DNA of 64,000 nucleotides from the NCBI GenBank assembly GCA_013151235.1, contig JAADIO010000032.1, forward strand, positions 2,166 to 66,165. Reading direction: 5' to 3'. This document shows, in pieces, positions 1 through 9,699 of this stretch. This DNA is from Deltaproteobacteria bacterium. GTDB taxonomy: Bacteria > CG2-30-53-67. Made by a program: the position numbers and the translations under genes. Position 1 is the first letter of the stretch. Each line of letters opens with the position of its first letter. The notes below the pieces were generated by a model that saw only the letters and a program-made list of their open reading frames with translations, was not told where the DNA came from and did no database searches.

Positions 1-13
1 AGGCCGGAAACAT

Positions 14-1342
14 TCATCTTGTGCGTGCATGTTCCATACGCTTAGTAGTTGATAGTGCTTCTTGCGGTGTATCTTGAATCTCTTTTCTTATGATAGCGGA
101 AACGATAATTTGTATCGGCAGAAAAACGGCCGTAATTGCGTTTATGAAGAAAATACAGACACAAAAACCAGCAATCCCTGCTTCTATTGCTCCTAAAAAT
201 GAAAACAGTTCTTTATTTTTTTCTGTAACCGGGATGATTTTTCTGAGTGTCCTGTTTTTGAGAAACGTACCGAAAACAAGCAGAAAGTAGGGAACAGCCG
301 CAAATAGTCCGGCATCGGAAAGAATTTCAATATAGGTATTATGAGTAACCTTGGGATTATAATTCCTGAAGACCCATGCCTTGAAATCAGGTTCCAGATA
401 GTCGAAGTTGTTTTCATATTCCATTTTTGCCAATGGGTAGGAAAGAAACCCGGTACCGAATAAAGGGTGGTCCCGGAATACCATCAGACCAGCCTTCCAG
501 AGGATTATACGGGACTTTGCGGACCATCCCAGGGTTTCTTCGTTTTCCATTGATGAGACCCTTCGCACGTAACTCTGGCTTATGAATGGTAAAACGATGA
601 CCGTGATCAGAAGGGCGGCTATCAGGGCTTTGGTTCTGTTATTTATTCTAAGAATCATCACGGCGACAACCGTGGCAAATCCCAGAAGTCCTCCCCGCGA
701 CTGAGTAAATATGACCAACAAGATCATAATAGTTGAAGCCGTGAAACCAATAAACTTTGTCTTGTTATTGTCCCCGTCGAAGAGCTTTTGAAAGGCCAGT
801 GGAGAAGTTAGGACAAAAAGTGCCGCTACACCATTCGTATCTGAAGAAGCATGTCCACCCAGACCTTCCAGACGAGCATTTCCTAAAAAGTGTTGCTGTA
901 TCCCCCAGATTCCGAGCAGCACAAAACTGAAGAGTATGAAGTTCTCAAGTGTTCTGATTTCCTGAAAGTTATTAACAAGAACAACAAGCAATACAGCATA
1001 AAGATAGGTTTTGACGATTTCGTTTGCATAATAATAGGATCTTGAAATTTCATAGTGAGACAGAAAGATAGAGAGAATCAATGCGCCATAAAGCCATAGG
1101 ATTAGCAAGGGCTGTGGTTCCAGAAATGACTTGAAGGTAAACCGACCGGAATTCAGGATAGTGGCGATCCATGTGCAAGCAAAGAGAACCACAAAAGTTT
1201 TTGCACCAGTGTTCCCACCCCAAAAAAACATCTCCGGGCGGATGATGTTGAAAAAGGTATACAGGATCAGTCCCCATAGGGGTCTTCTCCAGATGAAGGG
1301 AAGAGAAAGAAAGATGAATGCCCAATAAACGGATGCTCTCAA
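14..1342 (-). CDS. O-antigen ligase / Wzy-like polysaccharide polymerase family membrane protein
   Basis: 442 aa, polytopic membrane protein. Has a Wzy_C-type 'FTQSRGG' motif and a WaaL-like 'HNTYIEIL..G' motif, with a large periplasmic loop near the C-terminal third. Lies in the EPS locus. Confidence 0.6.
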   Translation of the reverse strand: MRASVYWAFIFLSLPFIWRRPLWGLILYTFFNIIRPEMFFWGGNTGAKTFVVLFACTWIATILNSGRFTFKSFLEPQPLLILWLYGALILSIFLSHYEISRSYYYANEIVKTYLYAVLLVVLVNNFQEIRTLENFILFSFVLLGIWGIQQHFLGNARLEGLGGHASSDTNGVAALFVLTSPLAFQKLFDGDNNKTKFIGFTASTIMILLVIFTQSRGGLLGFATVVAVMILRINNRTKALIAALLITVIVLPFISQSYVRRVSSMENEETLGWSAKSRIILWKAGLMVFRDHPLFGTGFLSYPLAKMEYENNFDYLEPDFKAWVFRNYNPKVTHNTYIEILSDAGLFAAVPYFLLVFGTFLKNRTLRKIIPVTEKNKELFSFLGAIEAGIAGFCVCIFFINAITAVFLPIQIIVSAIIRKEIQDTPQEALSTTKRMEHARTR

Positions 1343-1420
1343 AATACGCTCGTATATAAGTTGTTGAAAACTTCAGCTCTCAGGTTTTTTGCCAAGGTTC
1401 CTGAAGCTGCTGTTTCCCTA

Positions 1421-3238
1421 TTATTGCCTGACAATAAACGGTCCCATCGCGAGATAAGGAAGGTCCCCCTGATTAAAAGCCTTGATGGCATCTTGGGGAG
1501 TGCAGACAATGGGTTCTTCATGCATATTGAAACTTGTGTTGATAATCGAAGGAATCCCGGTTATGGACGCATATTCTTTGATGATGTTATAGAAACTTTC
1601 ATTTGTCTGCGGGCTTACAAGCTGTGGCCGTGCGGTTTTGTCAACATGCACGGCCGCCGGACACTTTCCCACCATAAAATCTGTACAATCAAATGTGATC
1701 GTCATAAACTGAGCCGTATATTCTGCCCCATGAATATTCTTGTAGCACTTGTTCCTTTCTTCATATAATGTTGCCGGTGCGAAGGGCATGAATTCCGTTC
1801 GTTTTAATTGCTGGTTGAGCCAGAGATTGACCGAGGGATCGGTTGCGTGGTAGAGGATGGACCTGTTGCCGAGGGCCCTGGGGCCGTATTCCATCCTGCC
1901 GTTGAATCGTGCTACGATGTTGCCGTCCGCAAGAAGTTCCGCAATCCGTCTTTCAATATTTTGAGGTCTTTCCGGTTTAAGCCCGGCCTGATGTATGGCG
2001 GAAAGCATTTCTTCCTCAGGATATTCCGGTCCCCAATAGACATCATCAATACGTTCGGTCTGAAGAGAGCTCGTCTCCTGGGTATAAAGTGCCATGGCTG
2101 CACCCACGCAACATCCACCATCCCCCATGTTCGGGTGGATGAAGATATTTTCCACCCCGTCGATCTCGAAAATACGCTGGTTTGCCTTAACGTTTGCGAC
2201 GACACCGCCGGATAGTGCGACATTCTTTATCCCGGTTTGTTTTACATAATACGCGATATATTCGCATGCGATGTCCTCCAGAACCTTCTGATAGGCTGCT
2301 GCAACTGCCGGTTTTGAAAAACGGGATGCCAGATAGCGTGAGAAAACGAAATTATGCGGCAGATGATAATAAATATCGCCGTCGGATGTTTCGAAGAAAG
2401 AGCGTACCGTATCATAGAGGATGTCGGCTTTTTCGTATGCGGCTAATCCGACGATTTTGCCTTCGTGCCGGCCGGGCTTGAAACCAAGCGATGATGTTAC
2501 CTTTTCATAAAATTCTCCAAGACTGACAGGATGCTTCAGGGCATGTATCCGTTCTATCCCGCCATTGCGGCCGATGGAGACACTTCCGGCAAGCCCGCTT
2601 CCATAACCGTCGAGTGTAATAAGCAGTGCCTCGTCAAAGCCTGAGGTAAAGTAGGTATTTGCGGCATGACAAAGGTGATGGTCGAAACGTTGCAGTTTAT
2701 GGTCAATGCCGAATTTCTGCAATCCCTTGATCAGCTCTTCCTGCCAATGTCTGTGGTCCCGGCTTGCTCCTTCCACCCATTGTTTTCTTTTACGTCTTCC
2801 CATTATGGTGCCTATCCATGAATAGGTACTCAGCATTCTATATGCGATGTTCATATATCCCGGCTTCTTCATGTACAATTTTTTTTCCGTAAGAGCCGGT
2901 ATGTTGTATTTTTTTTCCGGTTGTTCCGGCAAGTTCCGCATGTGATGGAAAAGGTTTTGAGGAGGATATACTTTTTCTTTGTCGGCATGCCAACGTGCTG
3001 AGCTTCTCATCAGCTCCGATTCCCTTTGCCAGTCATAAAATGAGTATGCGACGTGATCGACCGATTGAGCGGTAAGCCCGTATCGCTGGAAAAGCTCTTG
3101 CAAAGCCAGATAGGGGAACCCGGCATGTATCTTGATCCGGCTCAGTCTTTCTTCAGCAATTGCAGCGATCACTTTCCCGTCTTCCAGCAGGCAAACGGTA
3201 GCGTCTTTGTCTAAGGGGGATATACCGATAATTTTCAT
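1421..3238 (-). CDS. carbamoyltransferase, NodU/CmcH family
   Basis: 605 aa. N-terminus 'MKIIGISPLDKDATV..' has a Kae1/YgjD-like fold start with a conserved His pair. Length and layout are typical of NodU/CmcH O-carbamoyltransferases. Confidence 0.7.
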   Translation of the reverse strand: MKIIGISPLDKDATVCLLEDGKVIAAIAEERLSRIKIHAGFPYLALQELFQRYGLTAQSVDHVAYSFYDWQRESELMRSSARWHADKEKVYPPQNLFHHMRNLPEQPEKKYNIPALTEKKLYMKKPGYMNIAYRMLSTYSWIGTIMGRRKRKQWVEGASRDHRHWQEELIKGLQKFGIDHKLQRFDHHLCHAANTYFTSGFDEALLITLDGYGSGLAGSVSIGRNGGIERIHALKHPVSLGEFYEKVTSSLGFKPGRHEGKIVGLAAYEKADILYDTVRSFFETSDGDIYYHLPHNFVFSRYLASRFSKPAVAAAYQKVLEDIACEYIAYYVKQTGIKNVALSGGVVANVKANQRIFEIDGVENIFIHPNMGDGGCCVGAAMALYTQETSSLQTERIDDVYWGPEYPEEEMLSAIHQAGLKPERPQNIERRIAELLADGNIVARFNGRMEYGPRALGNRSILYHATDPSVNLWLNQQLKRTEFMPFAPATLYEERNKCYKNIHGAEYTAQFMTITFDCTDFMVGKCPAAVHVDKTARPQLVSPQTNESFYNIIKEYASITGIPSIINTSFNMHEEPIVCTPQDAIKAFNQGDLPYLAMGPFIVRQ

Positions 3239-4221
3239 GAAAGATTTTCCTCCAGCATCTTTGTATATGCCTCTCTTATGGTAAGGAAATCCGCGTGATA
3301 GGTTTTCTGAATGTAAGTTACAACATTTTCAATGGTTCTGAAAAAGTTCTGTTTATCCTGCGGCGTGGTTACGTAGGCCGTACTGCCCGGTCGTAGATCC
3401 GAGCTGTGAAAAAAAAGGTTAATAACGCTGTTGCCGTTATGGATGTTCATGTCAATACAGCGACAAATATCTTCGGTAGTGTAACCTTCCGGGGTAATGG
3501 CTACTTTTCGCAATAATTTCAGGCGCCACAAGATTCCGATCACATGCAGCCTGGCAACCTTGGGGGTGGAGAGAATGCGATACAACTTATTTGAGAACTG
3601 AAACCAGGGGAGAGTAAATCCTGCTGTGGCCGGTATCTCCAATAGCGAACGCTGCTTTCCTTGTGCAAGGCAGTTCTCGAAATCGGGATAATAAGGATAA
3701 AGAAGGGCGTTGTCGTACGAAAAATCCTTTTCGCTATAAAAAGGTCTGATGCTGGAGTCGACTTGATAGCCATAATGCGCTAATAAACGCATGATTTTCC
3801 CGTCCATACCCCATCTTCCTGAACGGAAAGAAAAAGGATGTATGCCGAAGCGTTCCTTGATAATATCGGTAAGCTTTTTCAATTTCCTTTCTACCAGGAG
3901 GATGGGCAGATTGATTATAAATGAGTTATGATCGTTGATTTCTTCCGTGACAGGAGGGTTGCACCATGGATGCAGATGAGCACCGATGTCGCACTCCTTT
4001 TTTTTGAAATAGCTCTTTAAAGTCGCGCAGTTTTCTTCTTTTTCCACGACGGCATGGTCAACAAAGTAGGTTGGAATAATGGAAAGAGACCGGCAAAGAT
4101 CCTGGAATTCATGAATGTACGAGATATTCTCCGTCGAGTACGGTGGAACAGGGAGCGGCCCGGACCAATCCCATTCCTCTTCCGTGTCTATGGTGATTAA
4201 AAAGATAACTCGTTTTTTCAT
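3235..4221 (-). CDS. putative polysaccharide deacetylase-like / glycoside hydrolase-deacetylase superfamily protein
   Basis: 328 aa with a 'TIDTEEEWDW' motif, an 'AHLHPW' His pair and 'SFRSGRWG'. Resembles a divalent-metal deacetylase barrel. Stop overlaps the next gene start by 4 nt, suggesting an operon. Confidence 0.45.
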   Translation of the reverse strand: MKKRVIFLITIDTEEEWDWSGPLPVPPYSTENISYIHEFQDLCRSLSIIPTYFVDHAVVEKEENCATLKSYFKKKECDIGAHLHPWCNPPVTEEINDHNSFIINLPILLVERKLKKLTDIIKERFGIHPFSFRSGRWGMDGKIMRLLAHYGYQVDSSIRPFYSEKDFSYDNALLYPYYPDFENCLAQGKQRSLLEIPATAGFTLPWFQFSNKLYRILSTPKVARLHVIGILWRLKLLRKVAITPEGYTTEDICRCIDMNIHNGNSVINLFFHSSDLRPGSTAYVTTPQDKQNFFRTIENVVTYIQKTYHADFLTIREAYTKMLEENLS

Positions 4222-4289
4222 TCCTGAATTGCTTCGACGTAATTTCTAAGAGTTGGAAATCTTTATCCGTGAAAGAAGTACCTGTGATC

Positions 4290-5330
4290 CTACCACGAAA
4301 GAAACGATTTTCGATACTCAAAGAAGCCTGACATGCTCAATCGATAAAAGCTTTTACGTGCTGATATGTCATTGCCCACACCGACGCGAGGGATAGAAAG
4401 TGGATGGTCCTTGCCCGGATTGTACAGTCCGTAATCCGTGGCAAACGCGCATTTGTAGCCGTAATGAGCCAGTAATTTCCTATGTTCTGGTGAGTAATCC
4501 TTTCCAAACTGGCCATTCGGGTAACAGAACGCCCTGATCTCATGCCCTAACTTTTTTTCAAGCCTTATTTTCGACCCGGCCAATTCTCCTTCAAGCAGTT
4601 CCTCCGGTGTGTTTGTGAGAATTCTGTGGGTAGCGGTATGGGAGCCGAATTCAATCAGTCCTTCTTTGTCCATCTTGAATACTTCAGGCCAGGTCAACAT
4701 CCCGAAATCATCTATGTAAGTGGATCGGTCGAAGCCAACCTGGGAGACAACCTGCTGCAAAAGAGCGGATCTTTCATTGCCGTGCTTTCTCTTCAGGTAT
4801 TCCACCTCCATGTGGTAAGCTTCATAATATTGTTTTTTCGAGAAAAGAAAGTTTGCCTGTGGGTTGGTAAGCCGGAGGTTTGCTTGCTGTTTTCCGGCTT
4901 CGAGAATGGTCAGCAATAGTTCGTCAACCCAGAAAAACCGGTCCGAGTTTATGTAATCAACAGTAAGGAAAATAACGGTTGGAATCCTGTATCTTTTCAG
5001 GATCGGGTAGGCGACAGTCATGTTATTCCTGAAACCGTCATCCAGGGTGATTAAAACGGAATGATCAGGGAGGGGGTTGTCTGTTGCCGCCGCCGACAAG
5101 ACTTCATTTAATGAAACGGGGTTATAGTATTTCGCGAGCCAGGAGATCTGTTGCTCGAAGATGCGCGCAGGTAACAATGTCCATGCAGAAGGAGGATTTT
5201 TGCTTTGTGTAACTCCATGATACGTCACTACCAGAAGGCGTTTCCGGTATCTGTGCCGCAGAAATCGGCTGACGCCTGCAAAAAGCAGGATGTTACAGAA
5301 GGCAATCTTTGTGAACTCCTTAAATGTCAT
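4290..5330 (-). CDS. polysaccharide deacetylase (NodB homology), PEP-CTERM-locus type with N-terminal TM anchor
   Basis: NodB motif 'ITLDDGFRNN' plus a downstream His-containing motif. N-terminal hydrophobic anchor. The longest ORF (from 5393) overlaps the upstream gene, so I chose the internal start at 'MTFKEF'. Confidence 0.75.
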   Translation of the reverse strand: MTFKEFTKIAFCNILLFAGVSRFLRHRYRKRLLVVTYHGVTQSKNPPSAWTLLPARIFEQQISWLAKYYNPVSLNEVLSAAATDNPLPDHSVLITLDDGFRNNMTVAYPILKRYRIPTVIFLTVDYINSDRFFWVDELLLTILEAGKQQANLRLTNPQANFLFSKKQYYEAYHMEVEYLKRKHGNERSALLQQVVSQVGFDRSTYIDDFGMLTWPEVFKMDKEGLIEFGSHTATHRILTNTPEELLEGELAGSKIRLEKKLGHEIRAFCYPNGQFGKDYSPEHRKLLAHYGYKCAFATDYGLYNPGKDHPLSIPRVGVGNDISARKSFYRLSMSGFFEYRKSFLSW

Positions 5331-7915
5331 TTGTTTTTTATACGGGCTTTCAGCCAGTTCCACTCTCTTTTTAGATTTGTCTTTGCACAACATCCGGCAA
5401 CATCAGACAGGATTCTACGAAAAAGTCCGGGCATTGTGTAACGGAATGGCGATGAACTGTATTGTCCGCTGCCGGGGCTTTTCCTTTCGTGAACGGGATG
5501 GACGGATTCGCCGGGGTCCGGGATCCATCCGTTCTGCAGGGCCAGGACCATGGGGCGTGTCAGGAATCGTGTTTCACGGCTCTGTAATTCTTTGAAACTT
5601 TCCGTCAGGAAGAACCGGCAACGTTCAATGAATCGCTTGCGATTCTCGGATGGGGCGTATCGAGCTGCAAGATAAAAGACGACGCTTTTCCGAAGGTCCT
5701 GGGCGGCCCACGTTTCGTTAGGGTATTCAAGGACTCCGGGCCTTGTCAAAGTCGGGTATTCATTCTCTGCCATCCAGCCTGCATAGTGCAGCAGGGTGTC
5801 TTTTGCATAAACGTAATCATTGTCGAACTCGTTTAATTCACTCTTTTTCTCAAGATACTTCCCGGTTGCAACCAGAAAAACCGTATAGGACCACCAGCGT
5901 TCGACATTATTCAAGTCGCGGGAGGCGATGTTGTCATTCGGGTGCACCGTGCCCTGGATCAGGCGGGTTGCGATATCGAGATATTTCCTGTCCGACGAAA
6001 GCTCAAAGGCATCTAGAGCCGCGGAAAGGCAATTTCCGGTGCCTCGGTCAAGAGGAAAACACGGCCATATTCCCGCTTCTCGTTTCCCGCGCCACCAGGA
6101 ATGCAGATATTTCTTTGCTCTCAGAAAAGATGCGAGAATGGTTTGCGGCCCTTTCAAGGAGAGGTAACACCAGTCGGCGAGCCTGAGTACCTCCTCCCGG
6201 AAACGAGGATTCCCGGTCAGAAGATGATGAACCATAAGTCCTGTTGTATAACAGTGTTGCGCGGCAGGCCCGCCTCCAACGAATGCGGGGTTTTTGTGTT
6301 TCAAGTGTTCCCTGGATGAACTTCGATGAGTACTGAGTCCGGCATCCAGGTAATGGTCGGTGTGCCAGAAAAGGCCGTGACAGTATTCCTCACGGTCTTC
6401 ATCCGTATGGTTGATATCAATGTCAATGACATGACGGGCCAGATCCGAGGCCAGCCCCGCCCATCGGAAGTCGCCGGTGCGGAAATACTCGCGATAAAAA
6501 GAGGCGACGGCATCGTATTGGTTATTGTAATGTGAGACAAAAGGCCTCTTCCCCCTGTGGTAGACCGCCTCGTGGTCGGCGTACAGTTCCCCGAAATTAC
6601 GCCATCCGTATTCGTCGACCATTTCCCGCTTGGCCATAAAATTGTTCGGTCCTTCAAGAGCTGCGGCCGTAAATTCCAGGTATTGGGGGTCGGCTGGCTC
6701 GCCGCCGGTAATGTCGTTGGACAGCCCGGACTGCCCGATCGTTTCCTGTGAAAATGTTATCTCCGGTGGCCCAAGTCCCCAACCCGCCTGATCCAGAGTA
6801 GTTGCAAAATCAAGATGAAGAAGATGTGTTTTTTGCTCCCCCCCCTGTAATTCATGCAAGTCTGGAAACTTTTCCGGGAAGAATGATATATTTATCATAT
6901 CGTCATGGAATCCCATTGCTTTGGGGAATTCCTGCCAGAATTGCGAAAGGACGACAGAAAGTCCGTTGGTGCTTGGTCCCGCCCAGAGAATCGGCCCGGC
7001 CCTCTTCCCGGTCATTATGACATGATCATCCTGCAATACCTGATATCCTCGTATCGTCATAGGGACATTGCCGTTTCGGTTCCTATGATTGGGGCTGCAC
7101 CAGTTTTCACCGCCGCTCGACTCCTGGTAAATGATTAGTGGCCCGCCTTTCTCGAAAGTCCGCCATGGTTCCCCGATAGAGGTTTTGTAATAATAATCGG
7201 CGCCGAAGTCTTTATTCAGGGACAGAGACACAACGAGTTCCTTGAACAAGAATGAAGAAGGATCACCAAGATCCCAGATTCCGTCCGGATGTTTTGCCGC
7301 TCGGGAATTGTGGAGTGTAAACTCGATGCATGTTTTTGCAGTCCCTGTATAAAAATGCAGTCTTGCCTGGAATAAGAGTTTTTTGTCCCGGCCGAAATGG
7401 CCCTTGATATTGAGCGTTAAGCGGACCGGACCACGGGCTTCAATGGCTGTTTTTTCAATGACGGCAGGCAACTTCAGGTTATCCTGATCTTTTAGCCAGA
7501 GGTCACTGCCGGTATCACCGAGGATATCCTGTCCCTCTACCCGTACCCTCCGGAAAGGGAGCAGCCTGGAAGAATCCAGGACAAAAAAAGCGGCGCCGGT
7601 ATCGATCTCGATCATATTGCCGGCTGAATTGCAGTATATTACCTCCTGCGCATGTTTCAAGGTCTTCACGGGTTCAAGACGCAGATGGACCTGTTCCTCG
7701 GGTGCCATGTCGACGAGGAAATCACAGCGCAGCCATTTAACGCTTCTGTCCGGCCAGTGGGCCAATGGTGTTGTCTGAACCGGGATTGACCGGCCCTTCC
7801 CGTTGAGAACAAAATCGCTGTCCTGCTTCACGATGCCTTGCGGGCAGGGAATGCCGATCGTGGCCGGGTATCTTGTTCGTTGGAGATGGGATGGATTTGT
7901 GATTTTTATTTGCAT
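5327..7915 (-). CDS. large hypothetical protein (862 aa), possible polysaccharide-active enzyme of the EPS locus
   Basis: Long uninterrupted ORF with coding-like composition and no signal peptide. I recognise no catalytic motif. Its position among EPS genes suggests a glycan-modifying or lyase role, but that is inference only. Confidence 0.4.
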   Translation of the reverse strand: MQIKITNPSHLQRTRYPATIGIPCPQGIVKQDSDFVLNGKGRSIPVQTTPLAHWPDRSVKWLRCDFLVDMAPEEQVHLRLEPVKTLKHAQEVIYCNSAGNMIEIDTGAAFFVLDSSRLLPFRRVRVEGQDILGDTGSDLWLKDQDNLKLPAVIEKTAIEARGPVRLTLNIKGHFGRDKKLLFQARLHFYTGTAKTCIEFTLHNSRAAKHPDGIWDLGDPSSFLFKELVVSLSLNKDFGADYYYKTSIGEPWRTFEKGGPLIIYQESSGGENWCSPNHRNRNGNVPMTIRGYQVLQDDHVIMTGKRAGPILWAGPSTNGLSVVLSQFWQEFPKAMGFHDDMINISFFPEKFPDLHELQGGEQKTHLLHLDFATTLDQAGWGLGPPEITFSQETIGQSGLSNDITGGEPADPQYLEFTAAALEGPNNFMAKREMVDEYGWRNFGELYADHEAVYHRGKRPFVSHYNNQYDAVASFYREYFRTGDFRWAGLASDLARHVIDIDINHTDEDREEYCHGLFWHTDHYLDAGLSTHRSSSREHLKHKNPAFVGGGPAAQHCYTTGLMVHHLLTGNPRFREEVLRLADWCYLSLKGPQTILASFLRAKKYLHSWWRGKREAGIWPCFPLDRGTGNCLSAALDAFELSSDRKYLDIATRLIQGTVHPNDNIASRDLNNVERWWSYTVFLVATGKYLEKKSELNEFDNDYVYAKDTLLHYAGWMAENEYPTLTRPGVLEYPNETWAAQDLRKSVVFYLAARYAPSENRKRFIERCRFFLTESFKELQSRETRFLTRPMVLALQNGWIPDPGESVHPVHERKSPGSGQYSSSPFRYTMPGLFRRILSDVAGCCAKTNLKREWNWLKARIKNK

Positions 7916-7977
7916 CTATCGACGATGGGAAAAATATTTTTCCTGCCGGACTTTTTTAAGCTTTCGGCAGGAGTGAA

Positions 7978-9165
7978 TCAGAAGCTGGGCCATTCGCCCC
8001 TGCCCGCAAAATAGAGGTAGATCGCTTCCAACTGTTGCACCCTTTTACGGAAATTGAACCTGTTCTGGATACGTTGCCGGGCCATCCGCCCCATCCGGGA
8101 TCGGAGTTGCGGCCGTTGCAGGAGTTCTGTGACCGCATCGGCAAGAGAGGCGGTATCCCCCGCCGGGCACAGGAGTCCGGTTTCATGTCCCAGAACAACT
8201 TCCGGTATGCCGCCGACGTCCGTCGAGACGACGGGAACCTCCAAGGCCATGGCTTCAAGTATCGTGTTCGGCAGTCCTTCCGTCCGCGAAGTCATCAGGA
8301 AAAGATCGAAGGATGCATAAATATCGGAAAGGTCGGTCCGGTGACCGGTAAAATGAACGACATGACCCAGGCCCATTCCGGCAGCATCTGATTTGGCCTT
8401 TTCCAGTTCATTGCCGAGACCGTCGCCGACCACAACGAATTTTACATTAGGCATCCGCGCCGTCACTTGTCGTACCACCTCAAAAAAGGTCGGCAAATCC
8501 TTGTCGTAGGTGATCCTTGCCACGGTCCCCACCAGGAGATCACCCTTTGCCAAGTTGAGTTCTTTTCTCAGTACGGGTTCCGCCAGGGAGCGCGACCAGG
8601 AAGCAATGTCGATTCCATTGTACAGCACCTGGACATCGTTCTCCTTCAGACCGCCGCGGATCAAGCGCTGCCGTGTATCTTCCGATATTGTGAGAATCGG
8701 GAGCGCATGACGCTTCATCAGCCACAGAATGAATCTCTTGCGAAACAGGAACCTCAGGTACGCCACGGTCTTTGCAAATGATTCCCTGTCGTACTCGGCA
8801 TGAGAGTGGCAGGTGTGCATGATACGCAGTCCGGGCACGAGATATTTCAGGAGGGCTCCGTAGAGGAGTGTTTTGTCATCGTGTGTATGGACTAACGTAA
8901 TCCTTCTCTGCCGGACGACCCGTCTCAAAGAACCGATGCATTTCCGATCCAGAAGATTTCTGTCGACAAAATCCACGTAATCAATCCCGAGTTGCCGTGC
9001 CATGTCGGCAATCCGGAATTCCCGGTCCTCCGGTTGACGGATGTATGTAACCAGTACCTCAACTTTTGAGCTGTTGTGCATGGCTGCGGAGTGCAGAATG
9101 GTTTTGTCCGGCCCTCCACCTCCTTTGTAGGTCCCGCGTACATCCATGATCCGGATCGATTCCAC
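7978..9165 (-). CDS. glycosyltransferase family 4 (GT-B fold) sugar transferase
   Basis: C-terminal 'EGLPNTILEAMALEVPVVSTDVGGIPEVV' is the GT4 EX7E region. 395 aa. Confidence 0.8.
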   Translation of the reverse strand: MESIRIMDVRGTYKGGGGPDKTILHSAAMHNSSKVEVLVTYIRQPEDREFRIADMARQLGIDYVDFVDRNLLDRKCIGSLRRVVRQRRITLVHTHDDKTLLYGALLKYLVPGLRIMHTCHSHAEYDRESFAKTVAYLRFLFRKRFILWLMKRHALPILTISEDTRQRLIRGGLKENDVQVLYNGIDIASWSRSLAEPVLRKELNLAKGDLLVGTVARITYDKDLPTFFEVVRQVTARMPNVKFVVVGDGLGNELEKAKSDAAGMGLGHVVHFTGHRTDLSDIYASFDLFLMTSRTEGLPNTILEAMALEVPVVSTDVGGIPEVVLGHETGLLCPAGDTASLADAVTELLQRPQLRSRMGRMARQRIQNRFNFRKRVQQLEAIYLYFAGRGEWPSF

Positions 9166-9179
9166 CGGTAGATACCCTT

Positions 9180-9692
9180 TCAGGTTTGTTTTCGGATCAC
9201 GCAGGGGTTTCCAAAGACAACCGAGTTTTCCGGGACATCTTGATTGACCATGGCATTGGCACCGATCCGGCAGTTATCACCGATCGAAATTTCTCCGATG
9301 ATCTTGGCGCCGGCGCCGAACAATACATTATTCCCGATCCTGGCTGCGTTTCCGCTTCCACCCCTGTCTCCGATGGTGACATGATGGTAGATCGTACAAT
9401 TCTCTCCGATGACGACCGACGGATGCAGGATGATCCCTCCAAAATGATGAATGCGAAGCCCTGGGCCGATGGTGCATTCCGCCGGGATGGAGATCCCCGT
9501 GGTGATTTCCGTCAACCGTTCAACCAGGAAACGAAATGGCTGGGCGGGTACGTGATGCCTGTGAAACCAGTTGAAGAAACGATACACGATGATTGCCTGG
9601 AATCCCTGGGACAAGAGTCCCCGGATCATCGGTCGCAGGGTGGATTGCCCGGAACCCAATCTTTTGAGATCGTGTTTTATGTTTCGGAACAT
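9180..9692 (-). CDS. hexapeptide-repeat acetyltransferase (serine O-acetyltransferase-like, left-handed beta helix)
   Basis: Repeated [LIV]-G-x-x-x-x hexapeptides ('IGDNCRIGANAMV', 'IGENCTIYHHVTIGDRGG'). Start set to the internal 'MFRNIKHDL' so it does not overlap the upstream gene. Confidence 0.7.
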   Translation of the reverse strand: MFRNIKHDLKRLGSGQSTLRPMIRGLLSQGFQAIIVYRFFNWFHRHHVPAQPFRFLVERLTEITTGISIPAECTIGPGLRIHHFGGIILHPSVVIGENCTIYHHVTIGDRGGSGNAARIGNNVLFGAGAKIIGEISIGDNCRIGANAMVNQDVPENSVVFGNPCVIRKQT

Positions 9693-9699
9693 GACGGAA

